DNA from: an uncultured Candidatus Nemicrothrix sp.
GTDB lineage: Bacteria > Actinomycetota > Acidimicrobiia > Acidimicrobiales > UBA8592
NCBI GenBank assembly: GCA_964564495.1
Contig: CAZMAW010000002.1
Coordinates: 75,364-139,363 of the forward strand
Reading direction: 5' to 3'
Length of the DNA stretch: 64,000 nucleotides
Numbering within the stretch: position 1 is the stretch's first letter; every line of letters begins with the position of its first letter. Shown piece after piece: positions 1 through 9,182 of this stretch. Position numbers and translations under genes: made by a program. Under the pieces are notes generated by a model. The model saw only the letters and a program-made list of their open reading frames with translations. It had not been told where the DNA came from and did not search any database.

Positions 1-188
1 TGATTGATGCAGCAATAATTTCCTCAGTGTTTAGAAGTTTGAATATCACTGCTGATAGTTCAGGTATAAGGATTGACGACGACTGGGAAAGCTCTGCTGC
101 TTCATTGGCATCAGATACTGGAGCTCTAATGTATAGAACTATGGAGAACTCGCCCAACGTGCAACATCTTGTTGAGTTTGAAGCGTGA
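1..188 (+). CDS. 3' end of a gene entering from the left edge; product unknown
   Basis: +3 frame is open from base 3 to TGA at 186-188 (IDAAIISSVF...QHLVEFEA*) and ends 1 nt before the P450 ATG at 190, typical operon spacing. Confidence 0.6.
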   Translation, partial: IDAAIISSVFRSLNITADSSGIRIDDDWESSAASLASDTGALMYRTMENSPNVQHLVEFEA

Positions 189-189
189 C

Positions 190-1449
190 ATGACTGCAAA
201 ATCAGAATTACCACTTGAAGAAGTGGATTTTTTTAACGCAGAAATATCAGAATGTCCATACAGTGCTTACAAAGTACTCCGGGAACAGGCACCTGTATGG
301 GAAGACCCTGTATCGGGCATGTATGTGATCACAAGATACGAGGACATAAAAGAGATTCTGGTTGATACCGAGCGATTTCGAAACGCTAGAAAATTTAGGG
401 CCAGAACGAACAAAAGATCGGAAACAATCCGCGAATTATATGAGTCGAAGGGATGGGTCCCTGCCCCAACTCTTGCAGGACGTGACAATCCAGAACATAA
501 AGAAATGAAAGCTCTGTTTACACATGCCTTTCGTCCACAAAAGATTAAACAACTGGATCCTTTTGTAGAAGGTCTAGCCACCAGACTCCTAGAAAAGTTC
601 CTTAACAAAGGGAAATGCGACTGGGTTAAAGAATTTGCGATTCCACTGCCACTGATAGTTATCGGGCATCAGATGGGTGTCCCTGAAAAAGATATCTGGC
701 AAATTAAGGCATGGACTGACGCGTGGGTTCAACGCTTAGGGATGATGCAAACAGAAGACGAAGCGATTTGGTCAACCGAGATGGAAATCGAAGCACAACA
801 TTATTTCCAGCCAATTTTTGATCGGTTGCGAGAGGAACCCGATGATACTCTTCTCAGCGATCTAGTAAATACAGAAGTTCCTGAGTGGGGGAGGACGTTA
901 ACCGACGAAGAACTCCACGCAGAGATGATGGCCGATACCTTTGTTGGAGGTTCAGAGACTAGTACGAACGCTATTGCAGCAGGAGTTATGCTCTTGATTG
1001 AACAGCCCGACCAATGGGAACTACTTAAGTCTGATCCAGAAAAATTGCTGCCGGTGTTAGTAGAGGAGATACTCCGGTTGGAGGGGCCTGTGCAAGGGCT
1101 GTTCAGGGAAACATCTGTAGACGTCACGCTCCACGGAGTGAAAATACCCGAAGGGTCAACAATCAATATTCGTTACGCTTCAGCGAATCTTGATGAAACC
1201 GTTTTCCAAGAACCAAGAAAACTAGATTTAGAGCGGTCGAACGCTAGGCAGCATCTTGCATTCGGTTTTGGGGTGCACTATTGCATGGGAGCACCGTTAG
1301 CTAGGAGGGAATTGTTCTATAGTTTTAAAACTCTCGTAGATCGTATTGATGATATGTGGTTCCTTGATGGAGAAAATGATTTCCGTCACCATCCGAATTT
1401 CTGCCTTCGTGCACTGCGCGAGTTGCACATAGGATTTTCACCAAAATGA
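190..1449 (+). CDS. cytochrome P450 (canonical type)
   Basis: I-helix VGGSETST, ExxR (EEILR), heme motif FGFGVHYCMG. ATG 190 preferred over TTG 169 because the upstream ORF stops at 188. Confidence 0.95.
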   Translation: MTAKSELPLEEVDFFNAEISECPYSAYKVLREQAPVWEDPVSGMYVITRYEDIKEILVDTERFRNARKFRARTNKRSETIRELYESKGWVPAPTLAGRDNPEHKEMKALFTHAFRPQKIKQLDPFVEGLATRLLEKFLNKGKCDWVKEFAIPLPLIVIGHQMGVPEKDIWQIKAWTDAWVQRLGMMQTEDEAIWSTEMEIEAQHYFQPIFDRLREEPDDTLLSDLVNTEVPEWGRTLTDEELHAEMMADTFVGGSETSTNAIAAGVMLLIEQPDQWELLKSDPEKLLPVLVEEILRLEGPVQGLFRETSVDVTLHGVKIPEGSTINIRYASANLDETVFQEPRKLDLERSNARQHLAFGFGVHYCMGAPLARRELFYSFKTLVDRIDDMWFLDGENDFRHHPNFCLRALRELHIGFSPK

Positions 1450-2096
1450 ACCTTCTGGTTATTGGATTAACCGGAGGCATCGGTGCCGGGAAGACAACTG
1501 CAGCAAAAGTATTAGAAAGCTTTGGAGCGGATGTCATAGATGTTGACCAAATAGGGAGGGACCTTTATGAGTTGGACAGCGCGGTCAGAGAACAGGTCAT
1601 CAACGTGTTTGGTGGCGGTATTCTTGAGGAGAATGGCTTAATCGATCGAAAGAAACTTGCCGCTGTTGTCTTTTCTGATGCAAGAGATCTGGAAGCACTA
1701 GAGGCAATAACTCATCCGGCTATAAATAGGATCTTACAATCTCGAATTTTGGAACGAAAGGGACAAACGGTAGTTCTGGATATGGCGATACTTGCCGAAA
1801 AGAAATTGGGATACGACGGAGAAGCTCCGATGTATCACAAAGTTGTGGTGGTTGAGTCAGCACGAGAGTTAAGGGTGAAGCGTCTGGAGAGTCGTGGATT
1901 GACGATAAGAGAGATACATGACCGTTTCGATTCACAGCCCTCGGATGCAGCTCGGAGAGCGGTAGCTGACTACATCATCCAGAATGATGGAAAAGTAAGC
2001 GAACTTTATCAAGCCGTTAAGGAAATGTGGCAGATGGTTGAGATTTGGCGTATCGAGGCTTCTGATGATTGTATAGAAGGAGAAGATACGAACTAG
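1446..2096 (+). CDS. coaE: dephospho-CoA kinase
   Basis: N-terminal GLTGGIGAGKTT P-loop, D-V-D motif, LEAITHP; 4-nt ATGA overlap with the P450. Confidence 0.9.
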   Translation: MNLLVIGLTGGIGAGKTTAAKVLESFGADVIDVDQIGRDLYELDSAVREQVINVFGGGILEENGLIDRKKLAAVVFSDARDLEALEAITHPAINRILQSRILERKGQTVVLDMAILAEKKLGYDGEAPMYHKVVVVESARELRVKRLESRGLTIREIHDRFDSQPSDAARRAVADYIIQNDGKVSELYQAVKEMWQMVEIWRIEASDDCIEGEDTN

Positions 2097-2139
2097 AGCG
2101 ACTCTGGTTTAGCTCAAAACGCAATAAAAGGATGTGCAA

Positions 2140-2496
2140 ATGGCAAATGTAACGATCTATCACAACCCACATTGAGGTTCTTCACGAAACGCCTTGGCGG
2201 TCGCTGAGGAAATGGGTGTAGAACACAACGTCGTGCTGTACATAAAAGAGCCACCAGATGAGAAAACCCTCCAGAAAATTGTCGATGGTCTTGAAGACTC
2301 TGTTGAAGACTTAGTCAGAAAGGACTCTTTGTTCAAAAAACTGGAATTAAATCCGGAGGATTATGTGGATAATCCAGACAATGTTGTACAGATCCTTGTC
2401 AAGCACAAGCAGCTGCTCCAAAGGCCCGTGATTGTCAGGGGGAATAAAGCAATTGTGGGTCGCCCCAAGGATCGAATAGCTTCGTTTCTATCCTAA
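2140..2496 (+). CDS. arsC: ArsC-family arsenate reductase with in-frame UGA at the catalytic Cys12 position (probable selenoprotein, 118 aa)
   Basis: SD AAGGA 2128-2132, ATG 2140. MANVTIYHNPH-[TGA 2173-2175]-GSSRNAL continues in frame into the track ORF 2194..2496. R60, R95 (QRP) and R108 (GRP) match the ArsC arginines. Confidence 0.85.
2176..2211 (+). promoter_or_regulatory. candidate bacterial SECIS stem-loop immediately 3' of the UGA
   Basis: TTCTTCA (2178-2184) pairs with TGAGGAA (2205-2211, one G-U), CGA with TCG, and CGC with GCG closing a CTTG loop at 2193-2196, 18-21 nt after the UGA; folded by eye. Confidence 0.55.
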
Positions 2497-2504
2497 AGTT
2501 CTCT

Positions 2505-3242
2505 ATGAATGATCATGAACTCGCTGGCTATTTAGCTGAACTTGCAGGTGACGCTCTTCTAAAATTTCGGCAAACAGGGAGTCGGGATGGAGCAAACCCG
2601 TGGTACTTAAGGGACCAAGGTGATCTACTTTCCCATAACCTGCTAAATGACGCATTGCGTGAGTATCGACCTGGTGATTGTGTCCTTTCCGAAGAAGGAA
2701 CGGATGATCGATCTCGAGTAAGTGCCGATCGTGTTTGGATTATAGATCCGTTAGATGGATCACAAGACTACCCGTACCCGGAAAGTGCCGAATGGGCGGT
2801 GCATATCGCATTGATAGAGTCCGGAGAAATAAAAGCCGGAGCAGTTGCATGCCCTTCACTAGGGCGCTATCACGTCACGGGTAGTGATGTGCAGATCGCG
2901 CCAAGAAAGAATCAAGATCCTCTTGTAGTTTCAAATCGTTGGAGCACATATCAGGCTTCTGGTATTGCAGAAACAATCGGAGCGGAATTGACATGCTGTG
3001 GGTCAGCAGGAGTGAAAACATCTTTAGTGTTGTGCGGAGATGCAGATGTGTACATTCATGGAAGCGGCTTATATGAATGGGATGCTTGTGCCCCTGTTGC
3101 AGTGTCGAGAGATGCTGGTCTGGCTGCATTTCAACTGGATGGCACCGATTTTGAATTCAATAAACAAACTCCAGTTGTTCGAGGGCTGGTGATTTCTCGG
3201 CCAGAGTTTTCCGAGATGGTTTTAGAGGCGCTTAGAGGATAA
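2505..3242 (+). CDS. inositol monophosphatase family / CysQ-like 3'(2'),5'-bisphosphate nucleotidase
   Basis: LSEE, WIIDPLDGS, GSAGxK and EWD motifs. Confidence 0.85.
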   Translation: MNDHELAGYLAELAGDALLKFRQTGSRDGANPWYLRDQGDLLSHNLLNDALREYRPGDCVLSEEGTDDRSRVSADRVWIIDPLDGSQDYPYPESAEWAVHIALIESGEIKAGAVACPSLGRYHVTGSDVQIAPRKNQDPLVVSNRWSTYQASGIAETIGAELTCCGSAGVKTSLVLCGDADVYIHGSGLYEWDACAPVAVSRDAGLAAFQLDGTDFEFNKQTPVVRGLVISRPEFSEMVLEALRG

Positions 3243-3301
3243 AGAAGACCTAAGGGAATAGAAATTTACAGGTTAAACACGTTTTTTTGCCCTCTATGCC
3301 C

Positions 3302-3330
3302 TAGAGTTTATTGGGCGACTAACCGGTCGC
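3302..3330 (+). promoter_or_regulatory. possible -10 box and 5' hairpin of the cold-shock mRNA
   Basis: TAGAGT 3302-3307 followed by GCGAC(3315-3319)-taaccg-GTCGC(3326-3330). Confidence 0.3.
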
Positions 3331-3352
3331 GATAACGTAAGGAAGTTTCATC

Positions 3353-3553
3353 ATGCCAAGGGGAACCGTCAAGTTCTTTAATACACAAAAGGGCTATGGA
3401 TTTATAGCCCAAGAACAAGGAGATGACGTTTTCGTCCACTATTCAAATATTTCCGGATCTGGTTTTAAAAACCTTGAAGAAGGACAGGAAGTAGAGTTCG
3501 AAATCGGTGAAGGACGTAAGGGTGAAGAAGCTTTAGATGTTCGGATTGTTTAA
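3353..3553 (+). CDS. cold-shock domain protein
   Basis: GTVKFFNxxKGYGFI (RNP-1) and DVFVHYS (RNP-2); 66 aa. Confidence 0.95.
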   Translation: MPRGTVKFFNTQKGYGFIAQEQGDDVFVHYSNISGSGFKNLEEGQEVEFEIGEGRKGEEALDVRIV

Positions 3554-3555
3554 TT

Positions 3556-3819
3556 ATGGCGAGCAAAGGACGAGAGAGCTGGGATAAACGCCAGAGAGAG
3601 CGGACGAAAAAAGATCGTCAGGCCGCGAAACGTGCTGAACGAGCTGAACGAAGGAATACTGAGGAAGAGACTTCTAGTGAAGGGCCAAATGAGGCTGAAC
3701 TTTATGAGCGTTTCGCACAGCTCAGCGCTTCCCACGCGAATGGGGAAATAGACGATGAGACGTTTGAAGAGAAAAAAGAAGAAATATTCGAATTGTTAGG
3801 TCTCCAGCTCCATTCCTGA
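3556..3819 (+). CDS. small hypothetical protein, basic R/K-rich N-terminus, acidic middle, SHOCT-like C-terminus
   Basis: 87-aa ORF 2 nt after csp; C-terminal LxxxHANGEIDDETFEEKKxxI resembles a SHOCT helix pair. Confidence 0.7.
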   Translation: MASKGRESWDKRQRERTKKDRQAAKRAERAERRNTEEETSSEGPNEAELYERFAQLSASHANGEIDDETFEEKKEEIFELLGLQLHS

Positions 3820-3915
3820 TGGAGTGTTCGAAATTTCTCTTGCTGGACGTAGAAACGCAACTATAGTCAAAGCCACTTCGACCAATCGAAAGATCTTCCA
3901 TTAACCTTACCTATT

Positions 3916-4803
3916 ATGGGTCACACTAAAAAACTTAGTTCACGAGGTGTTTGGTTTTTCACAGAAACAATGAGCTCAGACGAAGCTATAGCCTTCGCCA
4001 AGAAAGTTGAAGAGCTTAACTACTCGGCGTTGTGGCTTCCAGAAACGACGGGACGTGATCCCTTCAGTCATATAGCTATGCTGGCATCACATACCGACCG
4101 TTTGCTCTTCGCAACAGGAATTGCAAATATTCACCATCGGCACCCAGGCGTAACGAAACAAGCTGCAGCTACCCTTGCTGAATTGAGTGATAATCGCTTC
4201 GTATTAGGATTAGGAGTTTCACACGCACCGTTAGTTGAGGGTTTACGTCAATTGGATTACTCCAAACCGCTGGAAAGTATGCGAAATTATCTCATCGCTA
4301 TGAAAAATTCCCCGTATACATCTGTGCCTCCATCGATGGAGCCTCCCTGTGTGTTGGCGGCACTTGGACCAAGAATGCTGGAACTTGCTGGTGAGGAAAC
4401 TGACGGAGCACATCCATATTTAACTACTCCCGAACACACCGCAAGAGCGCGAGAGATCATGGGGAAGGAGAAACTACTCTGCGTCGAACAAAAAGTAGCG
4501 TTTACAACTAGTCGAGAAGTAGTTTATGAGACAGCACGTCAAGAATTAGCCCGATATATTCGTCTTCCAAATTATCGCAATAATTGGAAGCGTCTTGGAT
4601 TTGGTGATGAAGAAATCGATGAGATCTCTGACCGGTTTATTGACGAGATTGTTGCTTGGGGGACACACGATCAAATAAGTCAACGACTACAAGAACATGA
4701 AGAGGCAGGAGCTACACATGTTTGCATTCAACCCATAGCAGTTCATGGCGAATTCGGCACTCCACATTGGGAAGCTCTAGAAGCATTGGCTCCGAATAGC
4801 TGA
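3916..4803 (+). CDS. LLM-class, probably F420-dependent oxidoreductase
   Basis: LWLPETTGRDPF, ATGIANI, FVLGLGVSH, AALGPRML, GAHPYL. Confidence 0.85.
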   Translation: MGHTKKLSSRGVWFFTETMSSDEAIAFAKKVEELNYSALWLPETTGRDPFSHIAMLASHTDRLLFATGIANIHHRHPGVTKQAAATLAELSDNRFVLGLGVSHAPLVEGLRQLDYSKPLESMRNYLIAMKNSPYTSVPPSMEPPCVLAALGPRMLELAGEETDGAHPYLTTPEHTARAREIMGKEKLLCVEQKVAFTTSREVVYETARQELARYIRLPNYRNNWKRLGFGDEEIDEISDRFIDEIVAWGTHDQISQRLQEHEEAGATHVCIQPIAVHGEFGTPHWEALEALAPNS

Positions 4804-4810
4804 AATTATA

Positions 4811-5998
4811 ATGTCGAAACAATCAACGGACACAGGTGTTTTCTCTCGATCTGTACTGACGCTGCTATTGGCGGGCATGTCCTACTTTGTTGTAGCCGGA
4901 ATTTCCTTTCCTGTCTTGCCTCGGCTTGTCAAACAAGAATTAGGAGGGGGCGAATTTGAGATAGGACTCGCCTTTGGCGCAATGGGATTAGGTATGTTAG
5001 CGATGCGACCCATGGTAGGGTTTTTAGCCGATAAGTATGGAAGAAAGCCGATGATTATTTGCGGGGCAGTAATCATTATTGCTACTCAGCTTCTGCACGT
5101 TCCATCTGCTCGATCCGGTCTATGGGCACTCTTGCTGATCCGTTTCATTCTTGGTATAGGTAGTTCAGCAATGTACGTAGGTCAGGCCACAATAGCTACT
5201 GAACTTCCCCCTTCAGAGAGAAGTGGAGAAATATTCTCACTTTTCAATGTTTCAGTCGTAGCCGGATTAGCTGTAGGACCGGTTGTTGGAGAAATCACGT
5301 TACAAAAATTCGGCTTTAGTTCTGCTTTTGCACTGGCGGCCCTATTTGCTGGTTTGTGTTTGCTGCTTGGATTATTATTGCCCGAAACACGACCTTCGGA
5401 GGTTACGGCCAGATTCGAAGGCGTGAGAAGCCTTATTCATCCAATAGCAGTTCGTGCCGGAGTAGTTTCGTTCCTTCTTTTCGCCGCGTTTCTTTCATTT
5501 AATGCATTCATCACGCCATTCGCAGAGTCAATGGGTGTTTTAACTGTGCGTTGGATTTTACTGAGCTACGCTGTCGCTTCTGTTCTGACTCGCCTATTCG
5601 GAGGGAAGCTAATCGATTCGGTAGACAGAAAGTTGCTCGGCTCATGTTCGCACGTAATCGTGATCATCGGCCTTCTCGTTCTTGTGATTTTCAACAACCA
5701 CCTCTCGCTCTACGTAGGAGGGGTCATTATGGCTATCGGCCTATCATTCAACGTTCCGCTTATGGTCGTTATCGCAGCAGACAGCACAACACCGGATCAG
5801 CGTTCACGAGTCGTAGCAACAGTCATTGTTTTTGGTGATCTTGCAAATAGTTTCGCAGCGTTTGGATTCGGAGGATTAGCGGAAGTAATTGGATATCGCT
5901 GGATGTATGCGGTAGTTGCTGCCATGGTAGGCTTTGCTGCGCTCCTATATAGATCGAGATTTACTGCACCATTAACCGGAATTAACAAGAACAATTAG
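4811..5998 (+). CDS. MFS transporter
   Basis: about 12 hydrophobic segments; motif A GFLADKYGRK. Confidence 0.9.
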   Translation: MSKQSTDTGVFSRSVLTLLLAGMSYFVVAGISFPVLPRLVKQELGGGEFEIGLAFGAMGLGMLAMRPMVGFLADKYGRKPMIICGAVIIIATQLLHVPSARSGLWALLLIRFILGIGSSAMYVGQATIATELPPSERSGEIFSLFNVSVVAGLAVGPVVGEITLQKFGFSSAFALAALFAGLCLLLGLLLPETRPSEVTARFEGVRSLIHPIAVRAGVVSFLLFAAFLSFNAFITPFAESMGVLTVRWILLSYAVASVLTRLFGGKLIDSVDRKLLGSCSHVIVIIGLLVLVIFNNHLSLYVGGVIMAIGLSFNVPLMVVIAADSTTPDQRSRVVATVIVFGDLANSFAAFGFGGLAEVIGYRWMYAVVAAMVGFAALLYRSRFTAPLTGINKNN

Positions 5999-6022
5999 TT
6001 CAGTATGTAAGGCCTACGGAAG

Positions 6023-6799
6023 CTACTCGTCTCCATCTCCAACAGAATCTACTGATTTAGGCCTAGGGAAGCTTGCCATTAATGAACTAGTGACTCCACC
6101 ATCCACTACTATCTGGTTCCCATTGACATAGGAACCTTCATCAGAACACAAAAACAAAACCGCGTGTGCTACATCTTCGACGGTACCAAGTCGTCTTGAA
6201 GGTACGCGCTCTTCTCTAGTGGCCCGGATTTCGGGATCTGCGAATATTGGTGCTGACATTCCTCCATCAATAAACCCAGGGGCTACAGAGTTGACCCGAA
6301 TTCCAAAGCCGCCCCACTCTACTGACATTTGTCTAGTAAGAAGATGAAGGCCTGCCTTGCCAGATCCGTACGACCCACCGTTAACATTTGGTTGTATCCC
6401 AGCGATAGAAGTCATATTGACTATCGCTCCGCCTCCATTGTCTTTCATCAAATTAGCTACAGCCTGGGAACAGATAAATACACCAGTTAAGTTCACGTCA
6501 ATAACGGATTTCCAATCTTCAAGAGAGAGGTCGATTAGCGGCCCAAATCGAACGATTCCTGCGTTGTTCACCAAAGCATCGGGGACTTGCGCGAATGCAT
6601 CTAATGCATCTTGAACTTGATCAGGGTCTGTAGTTGACGCATGAAGGGCTATGGCATTTGGAATTGAACCTGCGACTCGCTCAGCATTATCCCTGTTAAC
6701 ATCTAAAACTCCAACACGGTATCCTAAAGATCCAGCTGTACGTGCAATTGCTTCGCCGATTCCTCCTCCTGCTCCCGTAACAATTAGTGATTTATTCAT
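6023..6799 (-). CDS. short-chain dehydrogenase/reductase (SDR); paralogue of 45858..46577
   Basis: TGAGGGIG, NNAG, YGSGK; GGAGG SD upstream of ATG 6799. Confidence 0.92.
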   Translation of the reverse strand: MNKSLIVTGAGGGIGEAIARTAGSLGYRVGVLDVNRDNAERVAGSIPNAIALHASTTDPDQVQDALDAFAQVPDALVNNAGIVRFGPLIDLSLEDWKSVIDVNLTGVFICSQAVANLMKDNGGGAIVNMTSIAGIQPNVNGGSYGSGKAGLHLLTRQMSVEWGGFGIRVNSVAPGFIDGGMSAPIFADPEIRATREERVPSRRLGTVEDVAHAVLFLCSDEGSYVNGNQIVVDGGVTSSLMASFPRPKSVDSVGDGDE

Positions 6800-6838
6800 A
6801 TTGCCTCCAAGCAATTATCTATTAACTTCGTTAATAAT

Positions 6839-7054
6839 TTAGGTCGGTATTTCAACTCCATCTTCGCCGATGACTGATATAGCTCTACTCGGGCAGTTTC
6901 GCGCTGCTCGAATGCATTCCTCATCGGTAAGGGTGTGCGCTTCTTTGACGGTAGCGAGTTCCTCTTCATCAAATGCGAATGTTGAGGGATAGTCAGCGAC
7001 ACATTTGCCAGAACTCATACAGTCATCGACGTCTATTTGAATACGGTATGTCAT
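6839..7054 (-). CDS. single-cluster ferredoxin, likely [3Fe-4S]
   Basis: CMSSGKC...CP (CxxSxxC...CP); 71 aa. Confidence 0.88.
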   Translation of the reverse strand: MTYRIQIDVDDCMSSGKCVADYPSTFAFDEEELATVKEAHTLTDEECIRAARNCPSRAISVIGEDGVEIPT

Positions 7055-7056
7055 TC

Positions 7057-7356
7057 TTATCCCTCCACAAAGTATTGAACAGCTGTGCGGCCTTCAATGA
7101 TAGGGGCGAGTAATTTGGTGATTACTTCCTGGTGTTTGGGGTGGTCAGCGTAGATATCGTAGTCGGTTATTGAACCGAAATCTCCCACTACTGCAAGGTC
7201 ATAATTATCGCTTCGTGTTCCGGCATTGAGTCCTACTGAGTATGAAAGTATTTCTTCAATATGGTTGGGAAGGTCGCTAATCCCTTTACAAGCTAGATCT
7301 CTTTGTGCCTCAGTTGCTTCGTCCTTAAATTTGAGCATTACACAATGTCGAAACAT
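7057..7356 (-). CDS. Dabb family (stress-responsive A/B barrel) protein
   Basis: MFRHCVMLKFK...YADHPKH pattern; 99 aa. Confidence 0.8.
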   Translation of the reverse strand: MFRHCVMLKFKDEATEAQRDLACKGISDLPNHIEEILSYSVGLNAGTRSDNYDLAVVGDFGSITDYDIYADHPKHQEVITKLLAPIIEGRTAVQYFVEG

Positions 7357-7406
7357 TCGTACCTCCGTTTGTAGCCTTGCCGTAGTCTATGATCTAACCT
7401 TATACC

Positions 7407-8729
7407 ATGGCTGGTGAATTACTTATTGCAAATGGAAAGCTCATTGATGGACATGGGAACGCTCCTAAGTCCAGTACGTCCCTTTTGCTTCGAGACGGAG
7501 TTATCATCGATGTCGGGAGTGAAGCTGACTTCGATTGTTCTGAGAATGTCGAAAGGATTGATGCAACCGGTAAAACGATTATGCCCGGTTTGATTGATAG
7601 CCATCTCCATTGTTCATTTGATGATGTCCAATCAAATGATGAACTGTTTTTCCATCGGGATGCAACTTTGGCAGCACTCGTTACTGCGCAGAATTTACAG
7701 AAGATCCTTCGGGCAGGGGTTACTAGTTTTGTCGATCCCGATACATCCCATGGGATTGGTCCATCAATTAGAAATGCCATAGAAGCGGGAGTTATTGAAG
7801 GGCCAAGAATGAAGACTGGTGTTCAAGCCTTACTTACTGCAGTAGGAGGAACAGCTGGGCGTCTCATCCCAGATGAGGGCACTGTTGGTTACGCCCAAGT
7901 TGTCAATTCGGTGGACGAAGTTATTATGTGGACCCGGCGGCATATCAAATACGGGGCAGATTGGATTAAGCTTCATGCGACAGGATCTCTCCCTGGGCGT
8001 TCAGGGGAACTGATGGTGTGGAGTCGAGATGAAGTTCGAGCCGCATGCGATGCCGCTAGGGATCTAGGGGTTCCAGTAATGGCGCATTGTCGGAATGCCG
8101 AAAGTGTCCAAATTTGCGCTGAAGAAGGAGTTGATTTAATTCTTCATGCCTCGTATATGGATGATTTAGGGTTGGAAGCAATCGTAGAGAATGATGTAGC
8201 CATTTGCCCAACATTTACCTTCCTTGCGAACTTGGCTGATTTTGGTACGAAGGTCGGTGTCAGCTCCGGAATGGAAGAGATCTTTCGAGGCGAGATAGAA
8301 CAAACTGCGAAGATGCTCCGGAAGGCCTACGATGCAGATGTTCGTCTGCTGGCTGGATCAGAAAGTGGATTCGCTCTTACACCATATGGGCATTGGCATG
8401 CTCGAGAATTGGAAGTATTCGTTGAGGTTCTTGGTTTATCAGAGATCGAAGCAATTACTACAGCAACTAAGAACGGCGCTTGGGCGATGGGGATGGAGGA
8501 TGAGCTTGGGACCCTTGAAGTGGGGAAATTGGCTGATGTAATAATTGTTGATGGAGATCCAACTTCTGATATCAAAGTTCTGAATGACAAATCGCGACTC
8601 AGTGAAGTTATTTCCCGTGGGACACGTGTTGACTTAAGTCGCCCTTGGCCGGAGCATGGAGATATCTCAGGTTGGAAGGTAGGGAATTGGGGTAGCGAAG
8701 TTCTTACGTGGGAAAAGGCTTACGAATAA
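7407..8729 (+). CDS. metal-dependent amidohydrolase (prolidase-like subtype)
   Basis: PGLIDSHLH, carbamylated-Lys region WIKL, AH and LH metal ligands, AGSESG, GKLADVIIVDGDP. Confidence 0.88.
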   Translation: MAGELLIANGKLIDGHGNAPKSSTSLLLRDGVIIDVGSEADFDCSENVERIDATGKTIMPGLIDSHLHCSFDDVQSNDELFFHRDATLAALVTAQNLQKILRAGVTSFVDPDTSHGIGPSIRNAIEAGVIEGPRMKTGVQALLTAVGGTAGRLIPDEGTVGYAQVVNSVDEVIMWTRRHIKYGADWIKLHATGSLPGRSGELMVWSRDEVRAACDAARDLGVPVMAHCRNAESVQICAEEGVDLILHASYMDDLGLEAIVENDVAICPTFTFLANLADFGTKVGVSSGMEEIFRGEIEQTAKMLRKAYDADVRLLAGSESGFALTPYGHWHARELEVFVEVLGLSEIEAITTATKNGAWAMGMEDELGTLEVGKLADVIIVDGDPTSDIKVLNDKSRLSEVISRGTRVDLSRPWPEHGDISGWKVGNWGSEVLTWEKAYE

Positions 8730-8742
8730 GGTGAAGCAGAAT

Positions 8743-9129
8743 CTACAATTTGGCTTCTACTAAACGGGAACGCCATTCCCCCAAATCAACGTAATCTCGC
8801 ACAGAGCTTATCGAGGAAGTCTCAACGTTAAACTCGAATACACCATTGCAACGAACAGCATATTCACTTCCATCAATCCAAAATCTATCAATTCTTTCAA
8901 TCCACCCTCTAGTGCCCTCGAAAGATGACGAAACCACGTCCCATTGGATTTTCGAGCTACGTTTAACAATTGTCGCGAACGTTGTTCTAATTTCAGACAG
9001 ACCAATAGCCGGAGGGTGAGGAACATTCTGCCACTGCGAGACTTCAGTAAAGTTTTGCATTATCCGATCGAGGTCGCGCGATTCAAGATCTCTGAGAAAC
9101 GTTTCGAAGATTTTATTTGAAGTAGGCAT
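8743..9129 (-). CDS. limonene-1,2-epoxide hydrolase-like (NTF2/SnoaL fold)
   Basis: WQNVP, ERIDRF (R/D) and RDYVD (D) match the LEH catalytic pattern. Confidence 0.75.
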   Translation of the reverse strand: MPTSNKIFETFLRDLESRDLDRIMQNFTEVSQWQNVPHPPAIGLSEIRTTFATIVKRSSKIQWDVVSSSFEGTRGWIERIDRFWIDGSEYAVRCNGVFEFNVETSSISSVRDYVDLGEWRSRLVEAKL

Positions 9130-9182
9130 GCCTCAGAACCTATCCTTTCTTCTAGTGGTTGCAAATAACTGTGGGAAATAAT

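Noticed and set aside
1-157. Minus-strand open frame from TTG 157 running off the left edge
   Set aside because: It is the antisense shadow of the + frame ending at 188, which fits operon spacing with the P450
2194-2496. Track ORF starting at TTG 2194 as the complete arsC
   Set aside because: It lacks the catalytic N-terminus and an SD; the in-frame ATG 2140 restores the full ArsC pattern
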